Shown: one piece after another, positions 48,672-58,608 of the stretch | Layout: each line of letters opens with the position of its first letter | Numbering within the stretch: position 1 is the stretch's first letter | From: an uncultured Flavobacteriaceae bacterium | GTDB taxonomy: Bacteria; Bacteroidota; Bacteroidia; Flavobacteriales; Flavobacteriaceae | Length of the DNA: 64,000 nucleotides | Direction of reading: 5' to 3' | Assembly: GCA_963799365.1 (NCBI GenBank) | Contig: CAWCWV010000017.1 | Span: forward strand, 199,342 to 263,341 | Translations under genes and position numbers: made by a program | Notes under the pieces: model-generated | Seen by the model: the letters and a program-made list of their open reading frames with translations, nothing else | The model's database searches: none | Told to the model about the DNA's origin: nothing

Positions 48672-51600
48672 ATGAAAAAGATACTACTAGTTAGCTTCGG
48701 GTCATTATTCATAATAAGTTGTACAGATTCAGCTACTGAGAAAAACAGAGATGGAGCTTACACAGGTAAAGCGGAAACATTATTTACGAAGGTATTTTCA
48801 GAACAAAGCAATCTAACTTTCACCAACACCATTAGAGAAGACCTGGAATTCAACTTTCTTAACTATCCCTATTTATATGCCGGGGCAGGTGTAGCCATTG
48901 GCGATGTCGACAAAGATGGCCTAGAAGATATCTTTATTGTTTCAACGTTTGGAGCCAATAAACTATATAAAAATAATGGGGATTTTGTTTTTGAAGATAT
49001 TTCTAAAAATGCCTTAGTAGAAGATGTTTCTGGCTTCACCACTGGAGCGAGTATGATAGATATTAACAATGATGGTTGGTTGGATATTTACGTGTGCAAA
49101 GCAGGTTCGCTAAACGACGATGCTGCACGGAGAAATAAGTTGTATGTAAATCAGCAAAATGGAACATTTAAAGAAATGGCCAAGCAATACGGACTAGACG
49201 ACCCCGGATATACCACACAAGCATATCAACTGGATTATGACAAAGATGGAGATTTAGATATCTATGTGGTTAATTACAGATACGATTTTAAAAACAATAC
49301 CAGAATTAGCAGTAAAATACAATCGGAGATTGAAGAGATTACGAGTGACCAGCTATACCGCAACGATGGAGAAACTTTCACTAAAGTAACTGGCGAAGCA
49401 GGAATTTATAACAAAGCCTGGGGATTGGCAGGTACTGTTGGGGATTTTAATAACGATGGTTGGGATGATATTTATATTTCTAACGATTTTTTAGAACCAG
49501 ACATACTCTATATCAATCAACAAAACGGAACATTTAAAGATGAATTAAAAAACTATTTTAATCATATCTCTTTTAATAGTATGGGAGCAGATTATGCAGA
49601 TTTGAATAACGATATGTATCCTGACCTCATAACAGTAGACATGCTAGCTGAAAACTATGCACGTAGCAAAGAAAACATGGCTTCCATGAGCACCGAAAAT
49701 TTTATGAGCATGGTAAAGGTGGGATACCACCACGCCTATATGGCAAATATGCTTCACATAAACTCAGGACATGGTAAATTTATAGAAACTGCCCAAATGA
49801 GCGGTGTGGTAAAAACTGATTGGAGTTGGGCACCTCTTATAGCAGATTTTGACAATGACGGGCTAAAAGATATTTTTATAACCAATGGTATATATAAAGA
49901 TTATCACAACCAGGATTTTAGAAATCAGTTAAAAGCTATTAACGAGAAGGGAGGATCTATGACCTTAGAAGCTTTATTGGCTATGATGCCTGCTGAAAAG
50001 TTAGACAATTATATCTATAAAAATAATGGCGACCTCACTTTCACAAAAAAAATTGAAGAGTGGGGATTAAAAGATCCAAGCTTCTCCAATGGTGCAGCCT
50101 ATGCAGATTTTGATAACGATGGTGATTTGGATTTGATTGTAAATAATATTAAAGATGAAATAGGTCTTTATAAAAATAATAGCAATCAAAATTTTATTAA
50201 AATTCAATTAAAAGGCCCTACAACGAATACACAAGCCATAGGAGCTGAAGTATTTGTTAAGACCGAGAAAGGCACCCAATTCCAACAATTATATGTAGCG
50301 CGGGGTTATGAATCTTCGGTAGCTCATACGCTAAACTTTGGTCTGGGCGATACTAAAAATATAGAAGAAATTATTGTGCAATGGCAAAACGGCACTTCAT
50401 CTACCCTTAAAAATCAAAAAGCAAACCAGCAAATCACTATATCACAAGCCAACGCTGTGGCTTCTACGCTAGATATTAGAAACAAAAAAGGGTTAAAGAA
50501 AAACATAGGTCCTACAGCTATAGCTCTTAACTATATGCACAAAGAGAATGATGTAAATGATTTTGATATCCAATTATTATTGCCCCAAAAACAATCCAGC
50601 AAAGGAACAGGTATTGCAAAAGCAGATGTAAATGGAGATGGCCTTGAAGATATGTTTGTAGGAAATGCAGCAGGTGCTCCAGCTACACTATTTCTTCAAA
50701 ATGCAGACGGTACTTTTACTGAAAACGATATATCGCTTTGGAAAAAAGATGCAGTATATGAAGATGCGAATGCCCTGTTTTTTGATGCAGATAGCGACGG
50801 TGACCAAGACTTATATGTTATAAGTGCGGGATACAACTTAAAAGAGAATGACCCACTGTTGCAAGACCGTTTGTATATAAATGACGGGAAAGGAAATTTC
50901 AGTAAAAAAGCAAATTCACTGCCCGTCATACGCATTTCAGGAAAAGCTATTGCAGCGGCAGACATAGATGCAGATGGAGATTTAGACTTATTTATAGGTG
51001 GTAATGTTGTACCTGGAAAATATCCCTTGGCGCCTAACTCCTATTTACTTCAGAATAACAACGGGGTTTTTAAAGACATTACCTCAAGTAATAAAGACCT
51101 GATAAACCCGGGAATGATTTCTGAAGCTTTGTTTACAGATTATGATGGAGACAAAGACCTAGATCTTTTGTTGGTTGGCGAATGGATGGCACCCACATTT
51201 TATAAGAATGAAAAGGGTTCTTTTACCAAAACCGAAACGGAAGCCTTTAAAAATAAAGAAGGTTGGTGGTTTAGCGCTATCCAAAAAGATATGGATGGCG
51301 ATGGGGATATGGACTATTTCTTCGGAAATATGGGAATGAATAATAAATTTCATCCTTCAGAAAAAAAGCCTCTTTTTATAAATGCAAAAGATTTTGACAA
51401 CAACGGAAGTTTCGACGTTGCTATGAGTAAAATAAGTAATGGCAAAATAGTTCCAGTGAGAGGAAAAGAATGCAGTAGCCAGCAAAATCCGTTCCTCCTT
51501 GAAAAAATTGGCACGTATAAAGAATTTGCGAACCTGGAGTTCGAGGAAATTTATGGAAAAGAAAAGTTAGACGATGCATTTAAACTAACCGTCCACACCT

Positions 51601-51962
51601 TTGAATCTATATATGCGCAAAATAATGGCAATGGAACTTTCACTGTAAGGAATTTACCCAATATGGCCCAGCTAGGTCCTACCCTTTCTCTACTGACCAA
51701 AGACTTTAATAACGACGGAAACTTAGACATCATGGGTGTAGGTGGTATATACGATGCTGAAGTAGAAACTATACGTTATGACAGTAATTATGGCTACGTA
51801 TTATTAGGTGATGGAAAAGGTGCTTTTGAATACTCCAAAATGTACGATCCTTACCTCACTACTGATGCCAAGTGCATTACCGAAATAAACATAAAAGGAA
51901 ATCCCTATTACGTAGTGGTGAGCAATAATGCACCTTTGGAAGTCTTTACATTTCAACCTTAG
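48672..51962 (+). CDS. VCBS/FG-GAP repeat lipoprotein with ASPIC/UnbV-like module (CRTAC1-like)
   Basis: Lipobox (FIISC). More than 10 DxDxDGxxD/FG-GAP calcium-binding repeats (DVDKDGLEDIF, DINNDGWLDIY, DYDKDGDLDIY...). An UnbV_ASPIC-like segment is present (GARGYESS, LNFGLG). The likely start is the ATG at 48672. Confidence 0.75.
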   Translation: MKKILLVSFGSLFIISCTDSATEKNRDGAYTGKAETLFTKVFSEQSNLTFTNTIREDLEFNFLNYPYLYAGAGVAIGDVDKDGLEDIFIVSTFGANKLYKNNGDFVFEDISKNALVEDVSGFTTGASMIDINNDGWLDIYVCKAGSLNDDAARRNKLYVNQQNGTFKEMAKQYGLDDPGYTTQAYQLDYDKDGDLDIYVVNYRYDFKNNTRISSKIQSEIEEITSDQLYRNDGETFTKVTGEAGIYNKAWGLAGTVGDFNNDGWDDIYISNDFLEPDILYINQQNGTFKDELKNYFNHISFNSMGADYADLNNDMYPDLITVDMLAENYARSKENMASMSTENFMSMVKVGYHHAYMANMLHINSGHGKFIETAQMSGVVKTDWSWAPLIADFDNDGLKDIFITNGIYKDYHNQDFRNQLKAINEKGGSMTLEALLAMMPAEKLDNYIYKNNGDLTFTKKIEEWGLKDPSFSNGAAYADFDNDGDLDLIVNNIKDEIGLYKNNSNQNFIKIQLKGPTTNTQAIGAEVFVKTEKGTQFQQLYVARGYESSVAHTLNFGLGDTKNIEEIIVQWQNGTSSTLKNQKANQQITISQANAVASTLDIRNKKGLKKNIGPTAIALNYMHKENDVNDFDIQLLLPQKQSSKGTGIAKADVNGDGLEDMFVGNAAGAPATLFLQNADGTFTENDISLWKKDAVYEDANALFFDADSDGDQDLYVISAGYNLKENDPLLQDRLYINDGKGNFSKKANSLPVIRISGKAIAAADIDADGDLDLFIGGNVVPGKYPLAPNSYLLQNNNGVFKDITSSNKDLINPGMISEALFTDYDGDKDLDLLLVGEWMAPTFYKNEKGSFTKTETEAFKNKEGWWFSAIQKDMDGDGDMDYFFGNMGMNNKFHPSEKKPLFINAKDFDNNGSFDVAMSKISNGKIVPVRGKECSSQQNPFLLEKIGTYKEFANLEFEEIYGKEKLDDAFKLTVHTFESIYAQNNGNGTFTVRNLPNMAQLGPTLSLLTKDFNNDGNLDIMGVGGIYDAEVETIRYDSNYGYVLLGDGKGAFEYSKMYDPYLTTDAKCITEINIKGNPYYVVVSNNAPLEVFTFQP

Positions 51963-52622
51963 TTAGAAAAATTCCCGATATTGCAGGACCCTAAAATCAA
52001 TTGTATTGAAGTTAGGGTCTTTCTTTTTTAATTCTTTATACAACGCAATGCTTCCAACGGCTCTATTGGCAGCGCCACTTGGAGCTGTTAAAGACACGGT
52101 TTTAATAAGTCGGTTACTTTTGGGAAGTTGAAAAGTATGTATACGAGGTACTTCCGCAGACACTACTTTTAAAGAAAGCTGATAGGTTTTTAAGTGTCTT
52201 CGGAAGAAATACTCAGGCCCGTTTTTACTGTTTCCGCCTGTAAAAAGCAGGGTATTCACTTTAGGACGTTTTTCTAACACTGAGATCAAATCCCTCAAGA
52301 TAACATCTTGCATCCCCAGATCGCTGGCATCCACTTTTTCGCGTATTGCTGAAGCTACAATATCGCAAATCCCAATTCGATGGGCTTTCAAAAAATTTTT
52401 TCGTTGTTGGATAGCCAGTTGCGTGGTTTCATAGCTTAGTTGTAAGTTGAAAATGCTATCCATGATAGGCCATAGTTGTCCATCCCTGCTACCATAGCAA
52501 AAGTTTACATCATTTACTTTCAGGTCACCTGTTGTAAATCTGGGCGGTGGCAACGTACCTACAATAAGCTTGGTTGCTCCTTCGGGTATAAATGGTGGGT
52601 ATGGATGGGTGTGGTGGAACAT
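51963..52622 (-). CDS. uracil-DNA glycosylase superfamily protein (possibly a hypoxanthine/deoxyinosine glycosylase-like family)
   Basis: LIVGTLPPP...FCYGSRDGQLWPI and a late TAPSGAANRA resemble UDG-superfamily motifs A and B. Assignment is from memory only. Confidence 0.4.
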   Translation of the reverse strand: MFHHTHPYPPFIPEGATKLIVGTLPPPRFTTGDLKVNDVNFCYGSRDGQLWPIMDSIFNLQLSYETTQLAIQQRKNFLKAHRIGICDIVASAIREKVDASDLGMQDVILRDLISVLEKRPKVNTLLFTGGNSKNGPEYFFRRHLKTYQLSLKVVSAEVPRIHTFQLPKSNRLIKTVSLTAPSGAANRAVGSIALYKELKKKDPNFNTIDFRVLQYREFF

Positions 52623-52672
52623 GGATTCTATTCTTGCTGTTCATGAATTTTGAGAAAATTTCATCATTCTTT

Positions 52673-52702
52673 GCCCTAGCCCTAGCCCTAGCCCTAGCCC
52701 TA
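52673..52702. repeat. (GCCCTA)5 hexanucleotide tandem repeat
   Basis: Five perfect copies located 51 nt upstream of the start at 52622. It creates the spurious RARARARA ORF in the track. Confidence 0.95.
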
Positions 52703-52801
52703 AAGGGAAGATCGATGAAATTTTCAGTACGGTAAATTGGATAAATACAGTTGTTCAAATAAAATTTGCATCTTAAAAAGTATAACTATTTTAACACACA
52801 A

Positions 52802-53536
52802 TCACTTCCAAATCAAGGACATCACTACATAAACTAGTAATATTACAGGAATCGCAATAAACTGAAGTAACACGATAGCAAGCAAACAAATTAATAAAAA
52901 CACATACCGAAGCAGATTAGATTTGATATCCCAGGTCTTAAATTTTAAGGCAAATAAGGGAATTTCAGCATTCATCAAAATACAGCCAAGGAGGGTAATG
53001 CCAATTAAAAACCAAGGATTTAAAATAATAACCTCAGTTAATGCAGAAGGTTGAAAAGTAAGTATTAATGGCAGACTTAAAATAAGCAATGTATTTGCTG
53101 GTGTTGGCAATCCAATAAAACTGCTAGTTTGACGAGTATCAACATTAAATTTTGCAAGACGATAGGCAGATCCTACTGCAATGAGTAATCCAATAAACGG
53201 TACATATTGATGCCAGCCAGCATTCCATCCTTCCGAAGAAAAATTATCGGCAATAGAAATAGGACTTCCTAAAATACTTTCGGAGAGTAGCTGCACCATC
53301 ACTACAGCTGGGGCAACCCCGCTTGTAACCATGTCGGCCAGAGAATCTAGTTGTAATCCAACTTCACTATGGGCATTCAACATTCTTGCTGCAAGTCCGT
53401 CAAAAAAGTCGAAAAATATACCAGTAAACACAAAGTATGAAGCTGTCACCAAGTCGCCAGAAATAGCAAAAAAAATAGCTACGCAGCCACATAATAAATT
53501 GAGAGAAGTAATAAGGTTGGGTATTTGTTTCACCAT
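52802..53536 (-). CDS. pssA: CDP-diacylglycerol--serine O-phosphatidyltransferase
   Basis: CDP-alcohol phosphatidyltransferase motif DGLAARMLNAHSEVGLQLDSLAD. 244-aa multi-TM protein. Confidence 0.8.
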   Translation of the reverse strand: MVKQIPNLITSLNLLCGCVAIFFAISGDLVTASYFVFTGIFFDFFDGLAARMLNAHSEVGLQLDSLADMVTSGVAPAVVMVQLLSESILGSPISIADNFSSEGWNAGWHQYVPFIGLLIAVGSAYRLAKFNVDTRQTSSFIGLPTPANTLLILSLPLILTFQPSALTEVIILNPWFLIGITLLGCILMNAEIPLFALKFKTWDIKSNLLRYVFLLICLLAIVLLQFIAIPVILLVYVVMSLIWK

Positions 53537-53634
53537 AAAAATGCGTATAGGTGTAAAAATAAGAAACTATTTTCGTCTAAGCCCTATACAGCACAATATC
53601 TAAACAAAATAATAGTTTAGTATTCTGTAAAATA

Positions 53635-54730
53635 ATGAGATATTTGCCCAAAATTGACAGCTTGAAACAGCACATTTTTTTCTTTTTAGTACTCACCACT
53701 TGTATAGCTTCTGCACAAACGGTTAGAAAATATTCTAACGAGTTTATGAATATTGGCGTAGATGCGGCGGCTTTTGGAATGTCCAATGCTGTGGTAGCTT
53801 CTACAAACGACGTAAACAGTGGGTATTGGAATCCCGCCGGACTGGTTGGTCTGGAAGACAAGCAACTCTCTCTAATGCACGCCTCATATTTTGCAAATAT
53901 TGCCAATTATGACTATGTAGGATTTGCAATGCCACTAGACAATCAAAGTGTTGTAGCACTTTCTATTATAAGATTTGGAGTGGATGACATTTTAAATACT
54001 ACCCAACTTATAGACGAGCAGGGGAATATAGATTACAACCGTATTAGTTTATTTTCTACGGCAGATTATGGAGTTACTTTTTCTTACGCTCGCGAATTGC
54101 CTTTAGACGGATTAAACCTTGGTGTTAATGCCAAAGTGATTAGAAGGATTATAGGTGAGTTTGCCTCTTCCTGGGGTTTTGGACTGGATGTAGGTATTCA
54201 GTTTAACAGTGGAAATTGGAACTTTGGTTCCATGGCACGTGATATTACGACCACATTTAATGCCTGGACCATAGATGAAGAACAGTTTGCAACTATTTCG
54301 GGAGCGGTGGAAGGACAAAACCAGGAACTTCCTGAAACGACCGAAATTACTATTCCGAAATTACAATTGGGAGCCGCTAGAAAATTTGTTTTCCACTACG
54401 ACTTTGAGTTGCTGGCCGAAGTAGACCTCAACTTTCGTTTTGCACAGACCAACGATATTATATCTACTTCTTATGCAAGTATAGACCCCGCATTGGGATT
54501 ACAATTTGGATATATTGAAATGATTTACGTACGTGCCGGGATGGGTAATTTTCAGAACATTCAGGCAATTAGACGGTAGTGAATCGGTTGGTTTTCAGCC
54601 TAATATTGGCGTAGGCTTCAAATATAAAGGAATACAAATTGATTACGCCCTTACCGATATTGGAGACCAGAGTGCAGCCCTATACTCCAACGTATTCTCT
54701 GTAAAACTGGACTGGAGCATCTTTCGTTAA
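53635..54730 (+). pseudogene. PorV/PorQ-family outer-membrane beta-barrel gene, reading frame broken near 54560
   Basis: The N-terminus (YSNEFMNIGVDAAAFGMSNAVVASTNDVNSGYWNPAGL) is PorV-family-like. ORF 53635..54579 ends at ...NIQAIRR*. The beta-barrel continues in the +1 frame (LDGSESVGFQPNIGVGFKYKGIQIDYALTD...) to 54730. Confidence 0.55.
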
Positions 54731-54818
54731 AATTCCAATCCCGATAGCTCTCGGAACCAAATAAAACAAAAACCAAAATATTTAATTTGTATTTTGCAAC
54801 ACATAAAACACTAGCGTC

Positions 54819-55994
54819 TTGTTTCAGAAAATAGTACTCCTCTTTCTTTTCTTTTTACTGAAAATTTCAGCTGTAGCGCAATATATTCCGCTATCACCAA
54901 GCGCTGAAATAAGCATTCTAACCATTGGCCCAGGAGATAATCTCTATGATAAGTTTGGTCACAGTGCTTTTTATATTCAAGATCCAGAAAACGGTATACA
55001 AGGCATCTACAATTATGGTGTATACGATTGGGACACCCCAAATTTTTATTTAAAATTTGCACAAGGGAAGCTACTCTATAAATTAGAAGGTGTGCAAGCA
55101 CAATCTTTTTTGGAAAATTATATCCAACAAAATCGCTGGATAAAACAACAAGTTCTAAACCTTACCTATACTGAAAAACAAGCCGTTTTCACTTTTTTAA
55201 ACAACAACCTAAAACCCGAAAATAAATACTACAAATACGATTTCTTTTACGACAATTGTGCTACTAGAATTAGAGATGTTTTAGTTTCTGTTTTAGGAAA
55301 TGATCTTGAGTACACAGACGATTTTATTGCTGAAAACAAATCTTTTAGGCACCTTATTCAGCAAAATGTACATTGGAACACCTGGGGAAGCTTGGGAATG
55401 GATGCGGCAATTGGTGCCGTTACAGATGTAAAAGCGAACTCATGGCAATATCAGTTTTTACCAGATTATGTTTATAAAGCAGCAGCTACAGCCACAATTA
55501 CAAAAGGCGAGCGTATCCCTTTAGTAAAAGAGACAAAAACGCTCTTTGAAAGTTCCAGAAAAGAAGTGGCACCAAATTTCATTACCTCTCCCCTTTTTGT
55601 TTTCTTAGGACTGGGATTTCTTATTATAGGTATTACAGTTAGAGACAGTAAGCGCAACAAACGTAGCAGAGGCCTGGATGTAACTATTTTTGCCATTACT
55701 GGGATTATTGGCATCTTTCTTTGCCTATTGTGGTTTGCAACAGACCATAGTGCTACGGTCAATAACTATAACCTTTTGTGGGCTTTTCCATTTTCAATAT
55801 TTATTGCAGTTGCCATTGGGAAGAAACAACCAAGGTTATGGGTACGGCGTTATGTGATTTTCTTGTTACTTTTATTGGTATTACTAACCATACATTGGTT
55901 TACCGGCGTACAGGAATTCGCTTACGGGTTTATTCCTTTGTTTGTGGCTTTAACTATCCGCTATTTGTATTTGCTGAAGGCATTAAAGGTATGA
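54819..55994 (+). CDS. DUF4105 (Lnb N-terminal periplasmic domain) protein with a C-terminal TM region
   Basis: ISILTIGPGDNLYDKFGHSAFYI...YNYGVYDW...FYLKFAQGKLLYKL. TTG start. Confidence 0.65.
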   Translation: MFQKIVLLFLFFLLKISAVAQYIPLSPSAEISILTIGPGDNLYDKFGHSAFYIQDPENGIQGIYNYGVYDWDTPNFYLKFAQGKLLYKLEGVQAQSFLENYIQQNRWIKQQVLNLTYTEKQAVFTFLNNNLKPENKYYKYDFFYDNCATRIRDVLVSVLGNDLEYTDDFIAENKSFRHLIQQNVHWNTWGSLGMDAAIGAVTDVKANSWQYQFLPDYVYKAAATATITKGERIPLVKETKTLFESSRKEVAPNFITSPLFVFLGLGFLIIGITVRDSKRNKRSRGLDVTIFAITGIIGIFLCLLWFATDHSATVNNYNLLWAFPFSIFIAVAIGKKQPRLWVRRYVIFLLLLLVLLTIHWFTGVQEFAYGFIPLFVALTIRYLYLLKALKV

Positions 55995-56158
55995 TTCGCC
56001 AGCACTGGCCCTAGCCCTGAAGGCACCTTTGCTGAAAATAAAAATTTTAACACCATAAGATTACCACCTACAAGCAAAGGATACTATAGTACTGACACTG
56101 ATTACTAATTAACCATTTCACTAATTAACTATTTAACCAATAAACCAATTCACTAAAA

Positions 56159-57553
56159 TCACTGTCCTCTAAAGAAAATAATTGTGCTTAAGGTTTTAAT
56201 CACGATACTTATATCCAAAAAGAGGCTCCGTCTTTTAATATAGTAGAGATCGTATTGTAGTTTTTCCAGGGCATCTTCTTGGGTCATTCCATATTTTGCA
56301 TTTACCTGTGCCCAGCCGGTTACTCCTGGCTTTACCAAGTGACGCACTTCATAAAAAGGAATTTTTTTTGAAAGTTCTTTTATAAAAACAGGTCTTTCGG
56401 GACGTGGACCTATTACACTCATATCCCCTTTTATCACATTGATAAACTGCGGAATTTCATCAAACCGCGACCGTCTTAAAAATCGGCCAAATTTAGTCAC
56501 CCTTGTATCTTTCTTTGAGGCAAATTGAGCGCCGTCTTTTTCGGCGTTCACAACCATACTTCGAAGTTTATAAATCCTGAAATGCTTCCCATTTTTACCG
56601 ACACGGGTTTGCGTATAGAAAACGGGGCCGCGATTGCCAATGATATTTCCAATGAGGATAAGTGGAAAAATAGCGACTCCAAAAGCTAGTCCAATAATTG
56701 AGAACAATAAATCTAAAATGCGATGAAAAAATAGGTATAGTTTGTTCTGATTACTTCTGCTAAACGGGAAGTATCTGTAAAAATCCTGTTCTACATATTG
56801 CACGGGGATTCTATGGGTGAGCTCTTCATACACCTGGGTATATTCACGAATGGGCACCCCTTTTTCCAGTAAGGAAACCAATTGATTATTCACTTCAATA
56901 GTCATTGCGTGTGTCTGTGGGGTGGCGACAACAATTTCAGAAATTGAAGCTATTGCCACAGTTTCAGCTATATTTTCAGTAGAAAAAAGAAAAAGCTCTT
57001 CCGGCAATTGTACTGTTATAGGTTTCTTTTCTATGTTAATAAAACCTACAATTTTATAATTAGGATCCGATTTCTGTAATGCCTCTAAAATTTTCAATAC
57101 CGAAGCTGAGTCTGTAATTAACAACACTTTCTTAAAAAAACGAGGAGCCGAAACAAGGGCAATATATGCATAGCGCCAAAGAAATAAAGCTATGTTTATA
57201 GAAAGGAAAAAATAGATTATCTGCATTCTGTTCGCAGGAAGTTGTGGTGTATAAAATGGTGTAAGCAAGTAAAATAGCACTGTTACCGAAGAGGTAAGAA
57301 TGATGTTTTGTACCACTGTTTCAAACTTGGCTGCTTTTTGTAGGTTGTACAGTTCGAAAATAGTAGCGAATACTGTTAAGTATAATGCTAGTACGATAGA
57401 CCAAACCCAACGTGTAGCATCTATCCTAAAATAATCGAATTTAAAAACGAGGCCAACCACATAAAGCAAAGCTAACACCGAACCTATATCTAACAAACGT
57501 AAAAGGATTTTACGTTCAGAAATATCAAAGTGGATATTCGATTTCTGTGACAT
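56159..57553 (-). CDS. polyprenyl glycosylphosphotransferase (bacterial sugar transferase, WbaP/EpsL-like); intact
   Basis: N-terminal TM helices and a C-terminal PGT domain (RVGKNGKHFRIYKLRSM, FDEIPQFINVIKGDMSVIGPRPERP, KPGVTGWAQV). Confidence 0.85.
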   Translation of the reverse strand: MSQKSNIHFDISERKILLRLLDIGSVLALLYVVGLVFKFDYFRIDATRWVWSIVLALYLTVFATIFELYNLQKAAKFETVVQNIILTSSVTVLFYLLTPFYTPQLPANRMQIIYFFLSINIALFLWRYAYIALVSAPRFFKKVLLITDSASVLKILEALQKSDPNYKIVGFINIEKKPITVQLPEELFLFSTENIAETVAIASISEIVVATPQTHAMTIEVNNQLVSLLEKGVPIREYTQVYEELTHRIPVQYVEQDFYRYFPFSRSNQNKLYLFFHRILDLLFSIIGLAFGVAIFPLILIGNIIGNRGPVFYTQTRVGKNGKHFRIYKLRSMVVNAEKDGAQFASKKDTRVTKFGRFLRRSRFDEIPQFINVIKGDMSVIGPRPERPVFIKELSKKIPFYEVRHLVKPGVTGWAQVNAKYGMTQEDALEKLQYDLYYIKRRSLFLDISIVIKTLSTIIFFRGQ

Positions 57554-57588
57554 TAGGATGGTTGATTTGGAATGTTAAAAATAGCTAT

Positions 57589-58608
57589 TTATTGCGACAA
57601 AAGCGAAATCCATTGATGTTTCACTACCTCCCAATCAAATTGTTCGACTTTTTTTCGTGCGGCTAGCGCCATAGCCTTTGCTATTTGGGGGTTTTCCAAT
57701 AGCTTTTGGATGGCCTGAACAAAAGCTTCAGGATGTTCCTTAGGTACTAAAAAACCGTCTACAGCATCTTCAATTAAATAAGGTAATCCGCCAACATTGG
57801 TAGAAACTACTGGCAATCCAAGTGCCATTGCTTCCATAACGCTCACGGGCGTATTATCGAAATTAGTGGTGTTTATAAAAATGTCATGATTTGTAGCCAA
57901 AGAAACCCAGTCTTCTTTACTTAATATTCCAGTAAATGTCACGGGTAGGTTTTCCTCTCGAGCGCGGTCTTTACATTTTGCAAAACTTTCATCTTTGGGT
58001 GGACCCACCATCGTTAGCGTGGCGGTATACCCTCACTGTATTAATAAATCTAGAACATCCAGCGCCAATTGCGGATTATAGAGCTTCGAAAAGGAACGCA
58101 CCCACAAAAGTTTAGGTTGTGGATTTTTCCGTAGTAAAAAAGGATAGTTTTCTATTTGTAATGTGTTAGGGATATGAATGAGGTTTGTAAATCCTTGTTT
58201 TTTAAAAGCTTCCATCAAATAGTAGGATGGCGCCACATTTACTTGGGCTCCTTCAAACAGTGCTTTACTTTTTTTGGGACTATTTTGGAGTCTTGTGGGG
58301 AGATTTCCGCCGTGCAAAATAGGTATGTAGGAAATTTGAAGCTGTCGGCATAGTTTTGCAATAATATAAGCGTAGTAAAAATTCAAAGTACTGTAAGTGT
58401 CTATTATTACCAGGTCTACTGTTTTCCTATGTTTCCAAACAGTATGCAACATATCCAGCATGCGTTGTGCTTTTATTTTTTTATCTGATACTGCAATAAC
58501 CTCGAAACCCTCCTCCTTTAATCTAGGAGCAAGCACATCAATAGCTGTGGCCGTATGGCCTTTATGCTTCAATTTGTTCCCTATGTACAGGAGTCTCTTT
58601 TTTTCCAT
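57589..58608 (-). pseudogene. GT4-family glycosyltransferase interrupted by an in-frame TGA
   Basis: ORFs 58033..58614 and 57589..58011 are in the same frame, separated only by TGA (58033-58035): ...LDLLIQ*GYTATLTMVGPPKDES... The C-terminal half carries the E-x7-E-like region (SVMEAMALGLPVVSTNVGG). Confidence 0.75.

Noticed and set aside
52673-52702. Telomere-like repeat
   Set aside because: The unit is GCCCTA, not CCCTAA/TTAGGG. The context is an ordinary bacterial intergenic region.
52525-52758. 77-aa minus-strand ORF containing RARARARA
   Set aside because: It is a translation artefact of the (GCCCTA)5 repeat. It also overlaps the real start region of the 51963..52622 gene.
56100-56158. 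Short direct repeats (ACTAATTAAC twice, TTCACTA twice) downstream of the DUF4105 gene
   Set aside because: This is an AT-rich low-complexity spacer between convergent genes. The repeats are short and imperfect, so no function can be argued.
58033-58035. TGA as selenocysteine
   Set aside because: No convincing SECIS-like hairpin lies immediately downstream; only a weak 4-5 bp CCAC/GTGG pairing. Glycosyltransferases of this type are not known selenoproteins, and the neighbouring genes are also broken.
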